A DNA stretch of 63,150 nucleotides, filler included, from Phoronis australis (lineage: Eukaryota; Animalia; Phoronida): NCBI GenBank assembly GCA_002633005.1. It is 4 parts of 4 records of this genome, joined end to end, with 100 filler letters (N's around TTAATTAATTAA, not from the genome) between each part and the next. Parts side by side here need not be neighbours in the genome. Positions count along the whole stretch, not along the records: positions 1 to 24,472 come from NMRA01000880.1; 3 more parts are not named here. One strand, written 5' to 3'. This document shows positions 1 to 12,949 of this stretch, piece by piece. The position numbers were made by a program, and so were the translations under genes. Within the stretch, counting starts at the first letter, position 1. Each line of letters begins with the position of its first letter. The notes beneath the pieces are model-generated. The model saw only the letters and a list, made by a program, of their open reading frames with translations, did not search any database and was not told the origin of the DNA.

Positions 1-3000
1 ATCCGTCTCTGTACAGTGTTACAGTAGATACTGCTGGCACCCAATTTTCACCACTTCGCAGCCTACACAGTATTCATCCCCAAGAACACCACAATTTTCG
101 ACCCTACAGGTAGCCGCAATTCTCAAGCTACACCCCTCACCTTGTTGACATACGAATTTTTTCAGTCTTCCCCATTTCCCTTTTGGAGGTGGGACCCCAC
201 GCAAATTGAGGGTCCTAAGCCATTAAGATCACCTTGGGTATATTCGGGGCCTCAAATTTCTCATTGGAGGTAATTTAACCTGCGTGATTATCAAACTTAG
301 TGGAGAATAATTGACCATAAAGTTCGAGCATGCACTAAAAACATTAACTTCCGAGGGCATCCAGAACAACTCGGGTGTTTTTGTAACCTCAAATTTCACC
401 TAATAGGTGAATGCTCTCTGCATGTGTGCGGACTTCAGTTTGCCTATTATTATCACTAGATTGAAAATCACGTGACTTGCCCTATTTTGGATAACGTTCA
501 TCTCCGATAGATTTGTAGCTTTGAAAATACCCAAGAGGTGTTCCAAATTGGCCCTAACCTTTAGTTTTGTACATAATCCGAGTACTAGAAGAATCTCCAC
601 CCATTTAGACAGTGGCTAAAAAAACATTATGTTTGTGATCCGAGGTTTAGACTTCAATAAAATTGTAGCCTAATGTTTCAATGCACAATATTTTTATAAG
701 AGCTAATGCTAACAAATAAATCCTTTCGTAGTAATTCTTGGACAGATGTCTTTTTCACCCATTAACCTTGAAGAAGTCTGCTCAGAGATTCCTGTTGTCA
801 AAAATGAGTATGGTGTCCAAGGTTTTAAAAATACAGGTATCGTATTAAAACCCCTTTTGCAGTAGGAAAAAGGTACCATTTGCATTGTTTTTAACTTCCA
901 GAGTGAAACCTATTGTATTCATGGAAAAAAGTTTGCTTTGGTAGGGATTTTTTCAAGCACCATTTTGAAGAGAAATTGTTTGAGAAAAATCACCCAGTTG
1001 AGTGTCGTGACCTGTATAAACCTGTGGGAGTACCCCCTTGGAATGGTTTTAGGAGGGTATTCTGAAAGCCCAAGGATGGTGGAATGAACCCTATCCCTAT
1101 ACCTAACAATGTGTGTTGAACATCTTGGAAAGTACAAGCACAACCGATTGATTTCAGAATGAGCTTATCAGATGGTGTCTTCTAGCTTCCAGATTTCTTT
1201 CGAATTAAATCCCTTTAAGTTGCTATAAATGCATCTTATGTGAAAAAGAATAATTTTTGATCTGAACAACTTACCCCTATATACAGGAATTGAAATGAAA
1301 ATAAGAGGAAAATTTTCCAGGTGATCTATCATTTCACAAATAGGCTTGTGTGATAAAAATATTTTTGTGTTGTAAAATTAAACTGAAATACCGGTAATTG
1401 TTTTTGCATGAATCAAGCCAAAAATGATGATAAAAAAGAAGCTGGAAATCAAATAAAAGCAAGTAAAAACAAACAAGGAAGATTCCAAGCCCCGTATATA
1501 TCCCTTTCTCGACTTGTTCCTTAGTGGACTTGGAAGAATTCAAATTTTGTTATTGCTCAAAGCCATGGTTATTGCACCAGGTCTTAAGCAATAACAAACT
1601 ATCCGTTCAACCGAAGCCAATACATGTATACCACATGTAATCTCAGTAAGGAGCAGTACAAGATCAATAGTCTAATCACGAGCACACGCATGAAGATTGA
1701 CATCAGACACTAGTATCCAAATCCAATGCCAATCTTCATGTGAGTGCTTGTGATTTTGCTACTAATTTGGCCAAAAACAACATTGCATGTACCAGACCAA
1801 TCTTATATTCTTACTTGACGGTTCTAAAAAGAGTTTGGGTGAATAGCAGCTTGAAGAATGGTACAATTTGTGGATAAGGAATGTCAAAAGGGTTCATTTT
1901 ATTCAACACAGTTTAGTACAGATGTTTTATTAATCCACGTACCATTTAAATGCTTTTTGGGCAAAACAGATTCTAACCCAGTCTTGTATGGATTGATTTA
2001 AAACCCTGAAAAGGGATTATGCGATCATGTTTTGGAAATACACCTCTAGAGTGAAACTTTCAATCCAAATCGAACTCGAAATTGTTTTTATCACTTCTAG
2101 TCCACTTCCTTGCGAGATCAAGATAGTACTTAATGACCACTAGATTCGAGCTAAAATTTGAGTAAAAACTCAAGATTTCTAGTAAAACCTCGAACTCAGA
2201 CTCAAACTTTTAGCTGTAATGCAGGGATCATTAATTGCCATCAATAAGTACTCAAGCAGAGAATAAAAGAAACTTATCTCGAATTCAAACAAAACTAGAA
2301 TAGAAAATAACAAAAATAATTTTGAGTAAAAAGTTGGAACCCAGGGCCCAAGTGTTAATTTCATAATGGTTTATGCTTTCACAAGGCATTGAATGCGCAA
2401 CTTGAATGGCAGTCGGGTCTTTAGTAACTTATTCCCATGTAGCAACACTGGTGTAGTCAGAATTATTCAAGAGGTTGCTAAACTTAAAATTGTTGGCAAC
2501 CAATGACTGTAAAGTGAGGCAACTTGGAGGCACTGCATGAACAGGAGACAGGGACAGGGAAGCTAGGCAAGAACAAAACTGAAATGAGTTTCTATCGGTG
2601 GAAGGGTTTGCAATGAGGAGGGGTTAGTCCTGTTGTGCGCCCAAGGCTATGTTAATGCCCAGACATAGTTGCTAAACTAAACCATATTTGTAATCAATAC
2701 ATCAGCAAAATAAAGTTTCCGATGGTTAAATTTCTTGGCATGTTGTGTGTTGAGTATACTATTTCTAGGAACACATTAATGATGTCAACGTGAGGGTGTT
2801 TGCCAGTGCGAATGTTCTGAAGCATTTCACACTGCCCAACTCTTGCCACGAGGAGGCCCCCTCAGTAAGAGTCAAATTTGTAATTTTGAAAAACTGTTCG
2901 AGAAGACCGAAATGTTGACTAAAATCACTGCTGTATTATGTAGATCATAACCACAAGAATGAAACACTAGAGTATGTTGCTCAAAACACTGAGCAAAACA

Positions 3001-3508
3001 TAATGGTAATAGTAACATACAGGGCACCCCCACTTTGAGAACCAGTGTTTTCTACTGTATAACAGGAACCTGTTTTTCACTGAATAGCAGGCGTTAAAAC
3101 TTGTTCTCAAAATTTGGATTGCCAGTGAGTGACTATTGCCTGGATAACAATCCAACCCAAGTAACGCACAAGAAACCGTCAATTTGGGTTTAGTGACCCA
3201 ACTTAAAATCTTTGAAGTATCCCGAGCTCCCAATTTTGAAATGTGAGATGTTTTTGCAACTAGTAGTTATTTTAACGAACCAGGTTTTTAAAATTCACTT
3301 GCATACACTGTCTAGAGGATGCTTCGATTACAGTGAACCTTAGTAGTTTCAGAATGTTTAAGAATGGTTCTGACGGATTTTGTTGTGCAATTAGACTGAA
3401 ATTAATAGATGATTGTTGCAAACTCTACAAAACTTGACATCATGTGAACGTGGAAAGAAAATATGAAACAGTCGACGAGTCGGGGTCCAGGAGAGACGAG
3501 ATTTGCAT
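1..3508. repeat. Long interspersed repeat, copy A (copy B at 49146-52634); unclassified
   Basis: Collinear similarity with copy B from CTGTACAGTGTTACAGTAGA (start of both) to GTCGAC.AGTCGGGGTCCA.GAGAG (end of both). Copy A has about 1400-2535, which B largely lacks. Confidence 0.85.
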
Positions 3509-5272
3509 AGATTTCATATGACCAAATGTGGCACTCTGACCAGTGACTCGGGCAGTGCAAAAGTCACCACGAAAGGGTGAATTTCCAAATAAATTCCACA
3601 CAAAAATATTTACTTTTTGGTTGGAACTGTATAAAATAATCCATTATAGCCCCAAAACCACTGAAGGTTTCAGATGCAACTGAGGTTTGTTGTTTTAAAA
3701 AGAATACAACCCAGCCAGCTTTTTGCTCAAACTCAATTCCCTGTAAATAATAACTTTGCATAATTATGTTATCAGAAAAGTTGTCTCTTCCATTGAGGCT
3801 CTCACCAAAATTGGTCAGTTTTAATCACTGTGCCAAACCAAAAAAGGGTGAGGTTTTATCTTGCTGACTATACAAAAGAGTGTGTATAATCCTAATTTCA
3901 CAGCAACAAACACCCTCCGAAATAACTGAATACTCCGTACAACTGTAGGATGGTAGTCAGAGGCACTGCTGAATGGCACTGCCAAAAGCGATGTCAGTCA
4001 TTATAAAACTATTGCTAGACTGGTTAATGTTTGTATGTTTAGGACCATTGACTTTATTTTTAGGCTCCTAACTTCTGTGTAGTGACAAGTGTGCCAGTGT
4101 ATTATACATTACAATGACTATGTCAATGTCATGAATAGCAGTATTTCAGCATATATCCATATCTGACCCAATTCAACCTTCACGGTAATCACGGGAGCAT
4201 ACATGACAAACATGAACATGTTAACATACGAGAGGGTGTGCTCTGAAAAGATCGAGACAATCTCCCATGGCCGCGACGCACTCAGCTACTCCTTTCTCAC
4301 TATTCGGTGCTATATTAGTATGCTAAAATGACTGTTGTGTTGAGAGTTGTTGTGGGTGGCCTTAACTTCTTCGTAGAAAGTCACATCACTTCAGAATCCA
4401 ACATAGTATACAAGATAATTATCATAAAATGTTTCGTATACGTTACTGGTGACGTATTCCTTGACTGTTAGCTTTGAAATGCGGGAGTTTGACGAAAACA
4501 GAGAGATTTAAACGGCTGTAAATCTATCGACATTCTTTTACTGGAAGTCGCCATGTTGGTGAACTAGTTTGACCTATTATACAACTGACCAATAGAATGC
4601 CTTGTTTCTTGAAATCGGAACAGCCAATGATATTCCAAGAATGCGGATGGGAAAGTGCCCTGTAGCAGACCCCAACCAATCTCGTGGGTTTGTGTAGGAG
4701 ACTAGTGTAGCAGTTGCGTAATAGGTTGTCAGGCTCATACCACTTTGCGTGTCGATGCATATTCGTCTTAGCACAGGGTCAAAAAAATTAACCTAGTTTT
4801 GCTGTCTCGGTTACATGAGTTCACGTCGGTTGTGTAACACCACTACTTCGAAGGTTGAAGGCAAGCGGCATTAGTAAACATTGGATTATGGANNNNNNNN
4901 NNNNNNNNNNNNNNNNNNNNNNNNNNNNNNNNNNNNNNNNNNNNNNNNNNNNNNNNNNNNNNNNNNNNNNNNNNNNNNNNNNNNNNNNNNNNNNNNNNNN
5001 NNNNNNNNNNNNNNNNNNNNNNNNNNNNNNNNNNNNNNNNNNNNNNNNNNNNNNNNNNNNNNNNNNNNNNNNNNNNNNNNNNNNNNNNNNNNNNNNNNNN
5101 NNNNNNNNNNNNNNNNNNNNNNNNNNNNNNNNNNNNNNNNNNNNNNNNNNNNNNNNNNNNGTGTCGCTGCTGTACTAGTGGTGATTGAATTGCGCATGCG
5201 TGGCTGTCTGCATGTAAACAACTGGTAAAAGATGGAATTTTTATCAAAATACGTCGTCGCGCTAAGCTTTAT

Positions 5273-6145
5273 TACTGCTAATTTCCCTGGTGCAAGTCTT
5301 CGACAGGTGGCCACAAATTCCCAAAAGACCTAAGGTTACTATATTCGTGGACAATTGCGGTCAACAGGGTCAACTAACTGACAAAAAGTGTGTGGATGCT
5401 GAAGCCCCGTGTGTGCTCTATGACTGCAGTTCCACTCGGAGACTACACAACATTACTTGGTAAGTTTTTAGCAATCAGTTTCTATCAACATCGTTCGGTG
5501 ATGCTATCCCCACCAGTTACCACACTGAATAACAGTTTTATTGAGTGGAACTAAGTGTTTCTTTTTGGAAACTCACCCGATGCCGGGTAGGCTAGCAGCA
5601 CATATTCATTGTCCTGGGTGGGAGTGCTCCCAAAATAAGAGGTGTATGGTACGTGATGCACAGAAGTAAAGAGTGACTTTTTCACAGCAGTTTCTCTTCA
5701 AAACTATGCTGTTTCCAATAAAATTCTCTAGATAAGTGAGTTTCCTTATTTTATCGTGGACCCCACCCCTAGGACCACCAGGTCAGTTATCGAATTAACA
5801 TGAATAAGCCTTAATTCAGTAACTGTCGTAACACTGCATTGGAAAAAAATTTGACACCTAGAATGAATTGTACTTGTTGAGATCAGAAGCACATTTTAAG
5901 TGTCATGAAAAATACACATTGTTAAATCACTTTTAGCCTGTTTCACATATTTTAATTCAGATATTAAATAAGACTTGGGTACAAAGGTTATTAGTTTCTA
6001 CACATAAACATGAAGATGAAATGTCAAGTATGTCCTGCCTTACAAAAGTAGTTTTGTCTTGTCTTTTACAATTTGCTAATATTTCTATTCTGTTACAGGC
6101 AAGAAAAAACAACTGAAACCAACCGCCTGACCATCTATTTCACCG
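5273..6145 (+). pseudogene. THAP zinc-finger relic (transposase N-terminus), two exons
   Basis: YC*FPWCKSSTGGHKFPKDLRLLYSWTIAVNRV...RVCS, then a GTAAG donor at about 5460 and a TTACAG acceptor at about 6098, then GKKKQLKPTA*PSI (AVPTIF-box-like). In-frame stops present. Confidence 0.65.
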
Positions 6146-6509
6146 TTGGACAAAGTGAAAAGCAATCCTTCAGCAATAACCTGAGAGAATTGAACGCAAT
6201 TCAGAAATTCAGCACCTCATATGCCTGATTATGGACTCCCTCGCAATGTTGTTTCTTTCTGTGCTTTTTCAGTTTGCCATTTGTTTTTAAATACACTGAT
6301 AATTGTTTATTCTCGAATCTTGTGCATAGCAGATTCTTATCCAGCTAGCTACAATTGAAAACATACAATAAGGCAATCGATGCAGTCACTGAATGTCCTT
6401 TCCCCATAATCTGTACCAAATTGAAAAGTTTTTACCAATAGTATAAAGCCTTTCTTCTGAAAGGAAAATTTAATGTCACTCAGCTTTTGGCTTTCATTTC
6501 ACTAGGTTC

Positions 6510-8542
6510 TAGTTTCAATGGCCTATAGCAGCGCTTGTAATAAAGGTCCAGTTTCAACACGTGGCTTTCTTTCATGTAACCTCATTCAGCCTCAATAACA
6601 TCCACAATTAGACCCTTGAAGGTAAGCACAGCAGCATATCACTTGAATCGTTTTGAGCCCAAAATCAGACTCTGAACTAGACCAGAATGTGACTAGGTCT
6701 TCTTTAGCTTCAGTCCCTCATGTTTCTTCCAGGAGAGGAAATATGCTATTGTCCACACATGACTCATTGCCTATGAAAGGGCATCCTCACCAACAAGGCT
6801 TATTTGTGTAGCAGTCAGATATAGTTTGTCTGGATACACAGACACTTCACTGGCACATTGTCTTATGGTAACTTAGTACTGCGATTCACATTTCTCCAGG
6901 GCCACTGACTTGCACACTGTGCCATGCAGCACTGCTGGTGTGTGGAAGAGAACAGAGTAACAAAGCTTGTCTATGATACAGCTTGAAGTGGTCCTAAAAT
7001 GTCAGTGAACCTGGAACAAATATTGAAATATGAATAATTAAGTACTCCAGATTGGATCAAAAATGTTATTCCTGTTTTTCAAAAATATATGGTGATTGGT
7101 CTGCAGTTTCGTATAAAAGTAAATAATTAATATTTTCAGAAACCAAGGGTGTATATAATGAGTAGTGCATAAAACTGTGTCTTTATTTTTTATCCCTAGC
7201 CATAACAATTCTTTAAACCCATCAGGTGTCTGTAAAATATACAAGTTTTTTGAGACAACTTCAAACCTTTGTTACCCATTTTCAAGCCTTTTTATTTTTG
7301 ATACTTTCAGCAATTTTAAATTCAGATTACAGGTTCATGGGTCTGTCAAGCATACTTCTAGCCTAAGGTTGAGGTAACCGTTTTTCTTCTAATAGAAGAT
7401 ATGAAGACTTGGGTCATTTAAAAATGATGGATAATCTTTCTGTTGTTTAAGAGTAATTACAAATCGTAAGGCACCATCAAAAATGCAATTTGCACAAAAG
7501 TGGCAGTCATTTGAATTTATAACCACTTGCAACATTTCAAGGCATGAGTTAAGACTATTCAGTCACTGTGAATTCGGAAAATGTAATATATTTTCGTGGT
7601 TTTAAAATAGATACAAGTAGCAAAACAGTTTCATGAAATCAACTTGAAGGGACTTCGTGAAGGTTAAGAATTACCTCACCAGACTTTTCCCCACACATGT
7701 ATTACCTGTTATTTCCACACATTCAGTTTCAGTTATACCAAATATTACAACCCCCATGCCAATCCCCCCTCGGGACCTGAATAAGTAATTTAACAAAATG
7801 ACTTTAAAAATAGCTGTTCCTTTTCAAAGGCTTTGTTCGTTGTCTCCAATAATGAAAGTAGGCTTTGACAACAGATCTGCACTGGATGGGAAGATCTTGT
7901 TGGTTAACTGCAGTCAAATGCTAAAAATTAATTTTTGTCCATTCAGGGACGGTGCAGAAGCGATGCATATCTCCTCTGCACGATACAAGCCTTCAAACCT
8001 AAAAACCAAAGGTTACGTGAAAACTGACGTGATAGATTTCCATTTCAACGTGTACATGTAATAGATTTCCAGAAGACATATGATAGGGAGTAAACAAATA
8101 GTCTAATGCAATGGATATTTATCACTCACGTATCCTTTGCCATTTTGATTGGATTGTAATCTTAACTCATTAACCTGTATCGAGTTGACAGCATAAACAT
8201 TAAGCATTGATTGATGTAACTGTCACTGATAAACATTTAGAAATCATTCCAAACAATAATAATGCTTTGATGTACGAAAAGATCCCGATTGCTACGTCAA
8301 GTATCGTATCGCATATAACAACATACAAAGATTAACCAGACTCTGGCTGGCGACTGACTGCCGCGAAGTCGACATCGGCGAGTGCCTCAGTTAACAGGCA
8401 TCGGTAGAATGATCATGGAATAATCATTAAAATAATCACAAACCTTACCTTTGTATGAGGTCCTGCTTACTTCCTCTCATAGAAGCACCCTTTTTACGCA
8501 ATCTCAGATTCAGTTGGCACGGCTGCAAGCCATTTCACCATG
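6510..8542 (-). pseudogene. SAP-domain plus YqaJ/lambda-exonuclease-like relic (second gene of ISL2EU-type elements)
   Basis: 8542-8449 gives LRKKGASMRGSKQDLIQR (SAP-like) followed by a GTAA donor. 6940-6520 gives PAVLHG..CKSVALEK..VYPDKLYLTAT..SLVGED / CPF / LKLKKT*SHSGLVQSLILGSKR..VLTFKGLIV, following the YqaJ motif order with stops and frameshifts. Confidence 0.65.
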
Positions 8543-8649
8543 TATTTAAAGGGCTCGCGAAATCGACGCGGTTAATCTATCACCACTAGTACACGCACGC
8601 CCTCTAGTTATTGTAGATTTTCCGAATAGCCCCATTGTAGCTTTGCGCA

Positions 8650-11300
8650 TTCGCTGTTTCATGTATCTGTGACGTTAAAATCTGGGCTAGTTACATGTAC
8701 ACGTAGGCCCCTATCAGTTGGTCGTTCACGTTGTTCCAAAAATAAATATTTTCTGTCAACAACATATTGACAAATTATGTAAAATAAAACAATTGTGAAC
8801 GGGAAGATGTGAATACGTAGTGAAGAGGTATTTGTCTCTACGCGGCATATGTGCGTGAATCTTTGGTAAAGCGATTGCGATGGCAAAAAAAAATGATAGA
8901 AAATACATCAAGGTGCACTTTTGAGAAGCAAAGCGTCTGGTGATATTTATAGCGTATGATCTGGCCACCTCAGGTAGTAAGTGACGCTGAATGAGAAGTG
9001 GCAACTACATGTTTGGCGCGAAAATCAAAAATCATGCTTGTGTCGCCAATCCTTCCCGAGTTTTGCCCATTTTAATGAGTCACCACTCGAGATTGGGTTC
9101 CGTTTCAGTCCTAAAATCACAGAATATTTCTTCTGTGCTCAGCTGTAAGACAAAATACAATTTTTTGAAATGGTGCTCAGTCTTAAAAAGTTTCCAGCAT
9201 GAGAACGCTTTATCAGAAATGCCAAGCACACGCAGCGTTGTAAGACAGAGACGACGACGTTTCCGTATGTCCACAAAAGTGCTTTGAGCAGTGTTTACAA
9301 ATTTGTTCATTTCGCTTTTCTACACTGACGACTATGGTCAACACAGTGTTTTAAAAAAGTACACTTTTGAGGGCATTTTCAAAAATAAATGTTTGATTGA
9401 TGAATTCAGCGAGTCGGTGCCCACGGGCAGAAAACGTATCTGCGTAAAGAAAGAGTTGCGTTTTCAAAACATTTAGAGCATGAGATCAAGGACTACATGA
9501 GAAAGAAAATAAAACCGAATACCAAACAGAAACTTGTCCATTGATCATATAGCTCTTGGAAAACTGTTACCCCGAAGAAATGTGCAAAATACAAACGTCA
9601 TTTACGGAAGGTTGTACCAGAAGTGATTCGTTGCAGTGGAGCCGCCACGGGATAGTAAAAACACTGTGATGTGCAATAGTTAGCTGAATGGAAAGCTGAA
9701 GCGGAAAAATTCAGAACACACATTTTCTATTCAGGAATTGAAATCTCTGTAGAATCAAAAACAATTGACAACCAGGATTTATTGCGTCAGAAAACTTATC
9801 ACGCCAGAAGAGAATTGTTTTCATGCCCGGAGACAACGTTGTCACCCATTATGCAATGATGACAAACCAGTGTGTACCTATACATTGGCATCTATTGTAA
9901 AACGTGGATTAGACGAAAGAAATTCACCCGCATTTCCAAGATAATACCGGTATGTCTCGTCGGCAAGTGGTTGAACATTTAGCCCTTGTTTATACGTATA
10001 GTACGAACATTATCACTTTGAAGGATCAATGCTTGGGGATGGTGACGGGGTGTTCTGGCGTGTAAAGTTACTGACGTGGTAAGTTTTTGAACCTGGCTTA
10101 TTAAATTTTCAGTTTGGTCGTATTTTATTTTGATCCTGAAGTGAAGAATTTTTGGTCCTCACTTGATAAATTATAGGTGCTGAAGTGATAAATTTCAGTC
10201 TTGACGTGGTGAATTTTGATCTTTATTTGTTTTTTTGGTCTTCTGTGTGAAAACAATCTCATGTCTACATTGCTGATGAATCGAAGTCGGTCTAATTCCA
10301 TTTTTACATCACTGATTCATGCCAAAGGTTTGAAATTGCGCCCCCTTATAAGTTTTGACTTGCCCTGGTGATCACTAGAATCTGATGCAATAAACTTATA
10401 GAAGTTGTTTTTTAACCAGGGTAATAGAGCTGAAAATTGTGAGCGTTTTCGTTTGCGAGAGTGTTCTTTTTGAATCACTGGGTTAATAATTTTTAGGCTC
10501 TACATGAAAACACAGACTACTTTTTTAGCATTACCTGTACCAGGTTACCCCGAAAATATTATTTTCAAAGTTTTATCCCCTGGAGTATACATGTACGCGA
10601 AACGCCAAGTATTGTGTTCTTACCCCAAAGGGCTCGGAAGGCTCTCGCCTTGGTGCGAAGGTGTTTACTAAATTAAATATACAAATTTGCGCCGTTGTGG
10701 GTAAAAACGGACCGAATAAAATCTTCCTAGAGTAATCTAAATTATTTACCAGCGTTGCAAAAAATGGTTTTCTACAATTATTTTGCTGCTAAAATTATGG
10801 TGTGACCTTTTGCGTCGACTTTCGACGCAATGAAATATTGCGTCACCTATTAGTCAGTTTCTTTTTCCCAGGTTCTTCAATCAAACGTTCTCCCTCGAGG
10901 TTGCGTAAACGTCATGACAAATGATCAGAATTGGCTTCACTTCATTATATGTTTTTGGAATTTTGATATCAGTGAACAAAATTTTAGAACAAATTTTGCT
11001 GAGATGTTGTCACCATCTAATGGGAGATGTCGAAAACATTTTGAAAGTGGCGCTTGTCACGAATGAACTCTTTTCAAAACGTTTTTTCGTTACAAAAGGC
11101 AGAGAATTACGCAAGAAGATGACGTCGGGTGTTTTTCGTTTAAACGGCCGTAACGGGCAACTTGAATGCCAATTGGCTTCCAGAGTTTGCATGCAAACTC
11201 GCCGGTCTTGAGCTCATGTTGATACAAGCTTTTCGACGAGGTGACAAGCGTACATGTAACTATCCGGGCTGTGTGAAGTTTCGAGGTCTGTTTGAGCTCA
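8650..11300 (-). pseudogene. Decayed gene copy A, tentatively Mab-21/cGAS-like receptor
   Basis: Homologous to 26440-27000 (FDISH*MVTTSQQ..FTDIKIPKTYNEVKP vs FAISREMMTASQQLGFAGIQILKTCNKVHP). Also GDNVVSGHENNSLLA**VF*RNKSWLSIVFDSTE at about 9850-9745 and RIHIFPFTIVLFYIICQY at about 8815-8765. The family call is weak. Confidence 0.35.
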
Positions 11301-12099
11301 ATACGCTGTGGCACCTTGCTGTATTTTGAAAATAGTCTTCATATCTAGCTGGCTAGATAGGAAGGCTCTAGCTTCGAAAAATTTTTACTGTGAAAGTGAC
11401 AACAATTTCAGAATGATGATGGATGATGGATGACACTATAAACCGACCACAGTCTTCCGTTTTCATGCGCTCATGATTTAATATCGGCGCTATGTTAAAA
11501 CCATTGCTTATGTTGTTCCTAAAATAAACTTGGGTTCTATTGCTGTACCAACATATTAAGAAGTTATACAAAAATAAACAATAATTATCTGTGGTAAAGC
11601 GCAATATACAGCGTGGTGAAGTGATGATCAAGAGCAATAACGGATGAGCGCAAATGCGTGCTGCTTGTTGAGCAATGCGCGGCATGAAAACATTTGAGGT
11701 CGTAAAATATCCAGTGTTGTATTCTGATTTCTACGTAATTTTGCTGTAAATTTCAAATTTCGTGCTTGTCTTTATGCATAATATACTGTATAAAAAGTCT
11801 CATATCTAAAGTTAGAAATTATTTTTCCGATATATCACTTAACGTTTGATTTTACCACGCTCTCATTAATTCAACATAAGGTTTTCGGCTGGCGTAATGT
11901 AACGCACTTCGTATTTGTAGGTTGATTCGATTTTACCTCCATTCATTAGTTGAACAAAATTTGATAAACCTATGTCAAGACCGCAGTTGCCACTGGTAAA
12001 CGAACAGCGAACAGTTAAATGTTTATTTGTCCAAAGTTCACCCGCTAAGTCATAAAATGGTAATTGCCGACCAAGGACACGCTTAATCCGAATTGGCCG

Positions 12100-12615
12100 T
12101 CTACGCTAGGCGACCAATTAGCAGACCCAAGTGCCGACCACAGAGGCGACACAGCAGACGGCTCCTAGCCGACCGTTGTTGGTCGGCTGCTGGTCGGCTA
12201 GACGACCAGTCGACGGCCGGTCGTCGACCAATTTCCGACCGGTCGGACAAAAATTCGTAATGTGTGCTTTAAGTGCAGATTTTTCCGGGAGTTTTATGTT
12301 TTGACAGAAAATATCTGCTTATGGAATACGTATTAAGAAGTATTGAGTTTTTAAAGCAGTATATATTTCAATATAGATTACAATGTTCACTTATGCAGCA
12401 CACATCAAGAATTTTTGTCCGACCGGTCGGAAATTGGTCGACGACCGGCTGGCGACTGGTCGGCAATTTAGCCGACCGGTCGGCTAAAAATTAGCCGACC
12501 GGCACTGCGCAGTGCCGACTCATCAGGCGACTCCCCAGCCGACCCATCAGCCGACCCTTCAGCCGACCGGCCATCAGTCGACCAGCTGGTCGGGTGCTAT
12601 TTTTAGGCTAGAGTA
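12100..12615. mobile_element. GC-rich foldback/MITE-like element made of GCCGAC/GTCGGC motifs
   Basis: Near-perfect inverted repeat of about 75 bp (12201-12275 vs 12388-12464) around an AT-rich core, with many CCGACC/GGTCGG motifs in both flanks. No TSD resolved. Confidence 0.7.
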
Positions 12616-12949
12616 GGAGTTGCGTAATAGGTTGTTAGGCTGATACCACTGCGTGTCGATGCATATTCGTCTTAGCACAGGGTCAAATAAATTAACCTAG
12701 TTTTACTGACTCGGTTACATGAGTTCACATCGGTTGTGTAAGACCACTAATTCGAAGGTTGAAAGCAAGCGGTAATAGTAAACATTTTGTACACGCAGCT
12801 ATGTTTACAGTCTTCGCCCACAATTGATTTTTTTTGTGTAACGCCAGACTGCATCTTTTTGCGTTTTTCAAGTTATTCACGGGTCTCCTGTCACGCGACC
12901 ATGATGATGGGATTGTGAGTGACTAGTTGTTACACCGCGAAGAGCTCTC

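Larger units (their letters stand above)
5171..8593. mobile_element. Degenerate ISL2EU-like DNA transposon (THAP gene on +, SAP and YqaJ exonuclease gene on -); DDE core not seen
   Basis: Perfect 15-bp inverted repeat TGTACTAGTGGTGAT (5171-5185 and 8579-8593) enclosing two convergent gene relics, listed separately. Confidence 0.7.
4700..12020. repeat. Tandem segmental duplication, unit A (unit B = 12610-22270)
   Basis: 4713-4885 matches 12618-12787, 8640-11940 matches 13130-16727, and 11945-12020 matches 22210-22280. Same order and orientation, with many substitutions and indels. Confidence 0.85.

Noticed and set aside
4843-5314. Long ORFs spanning N runs (also 13146-14060)
   Set aside because: Their length comes from X codons across the gaps.
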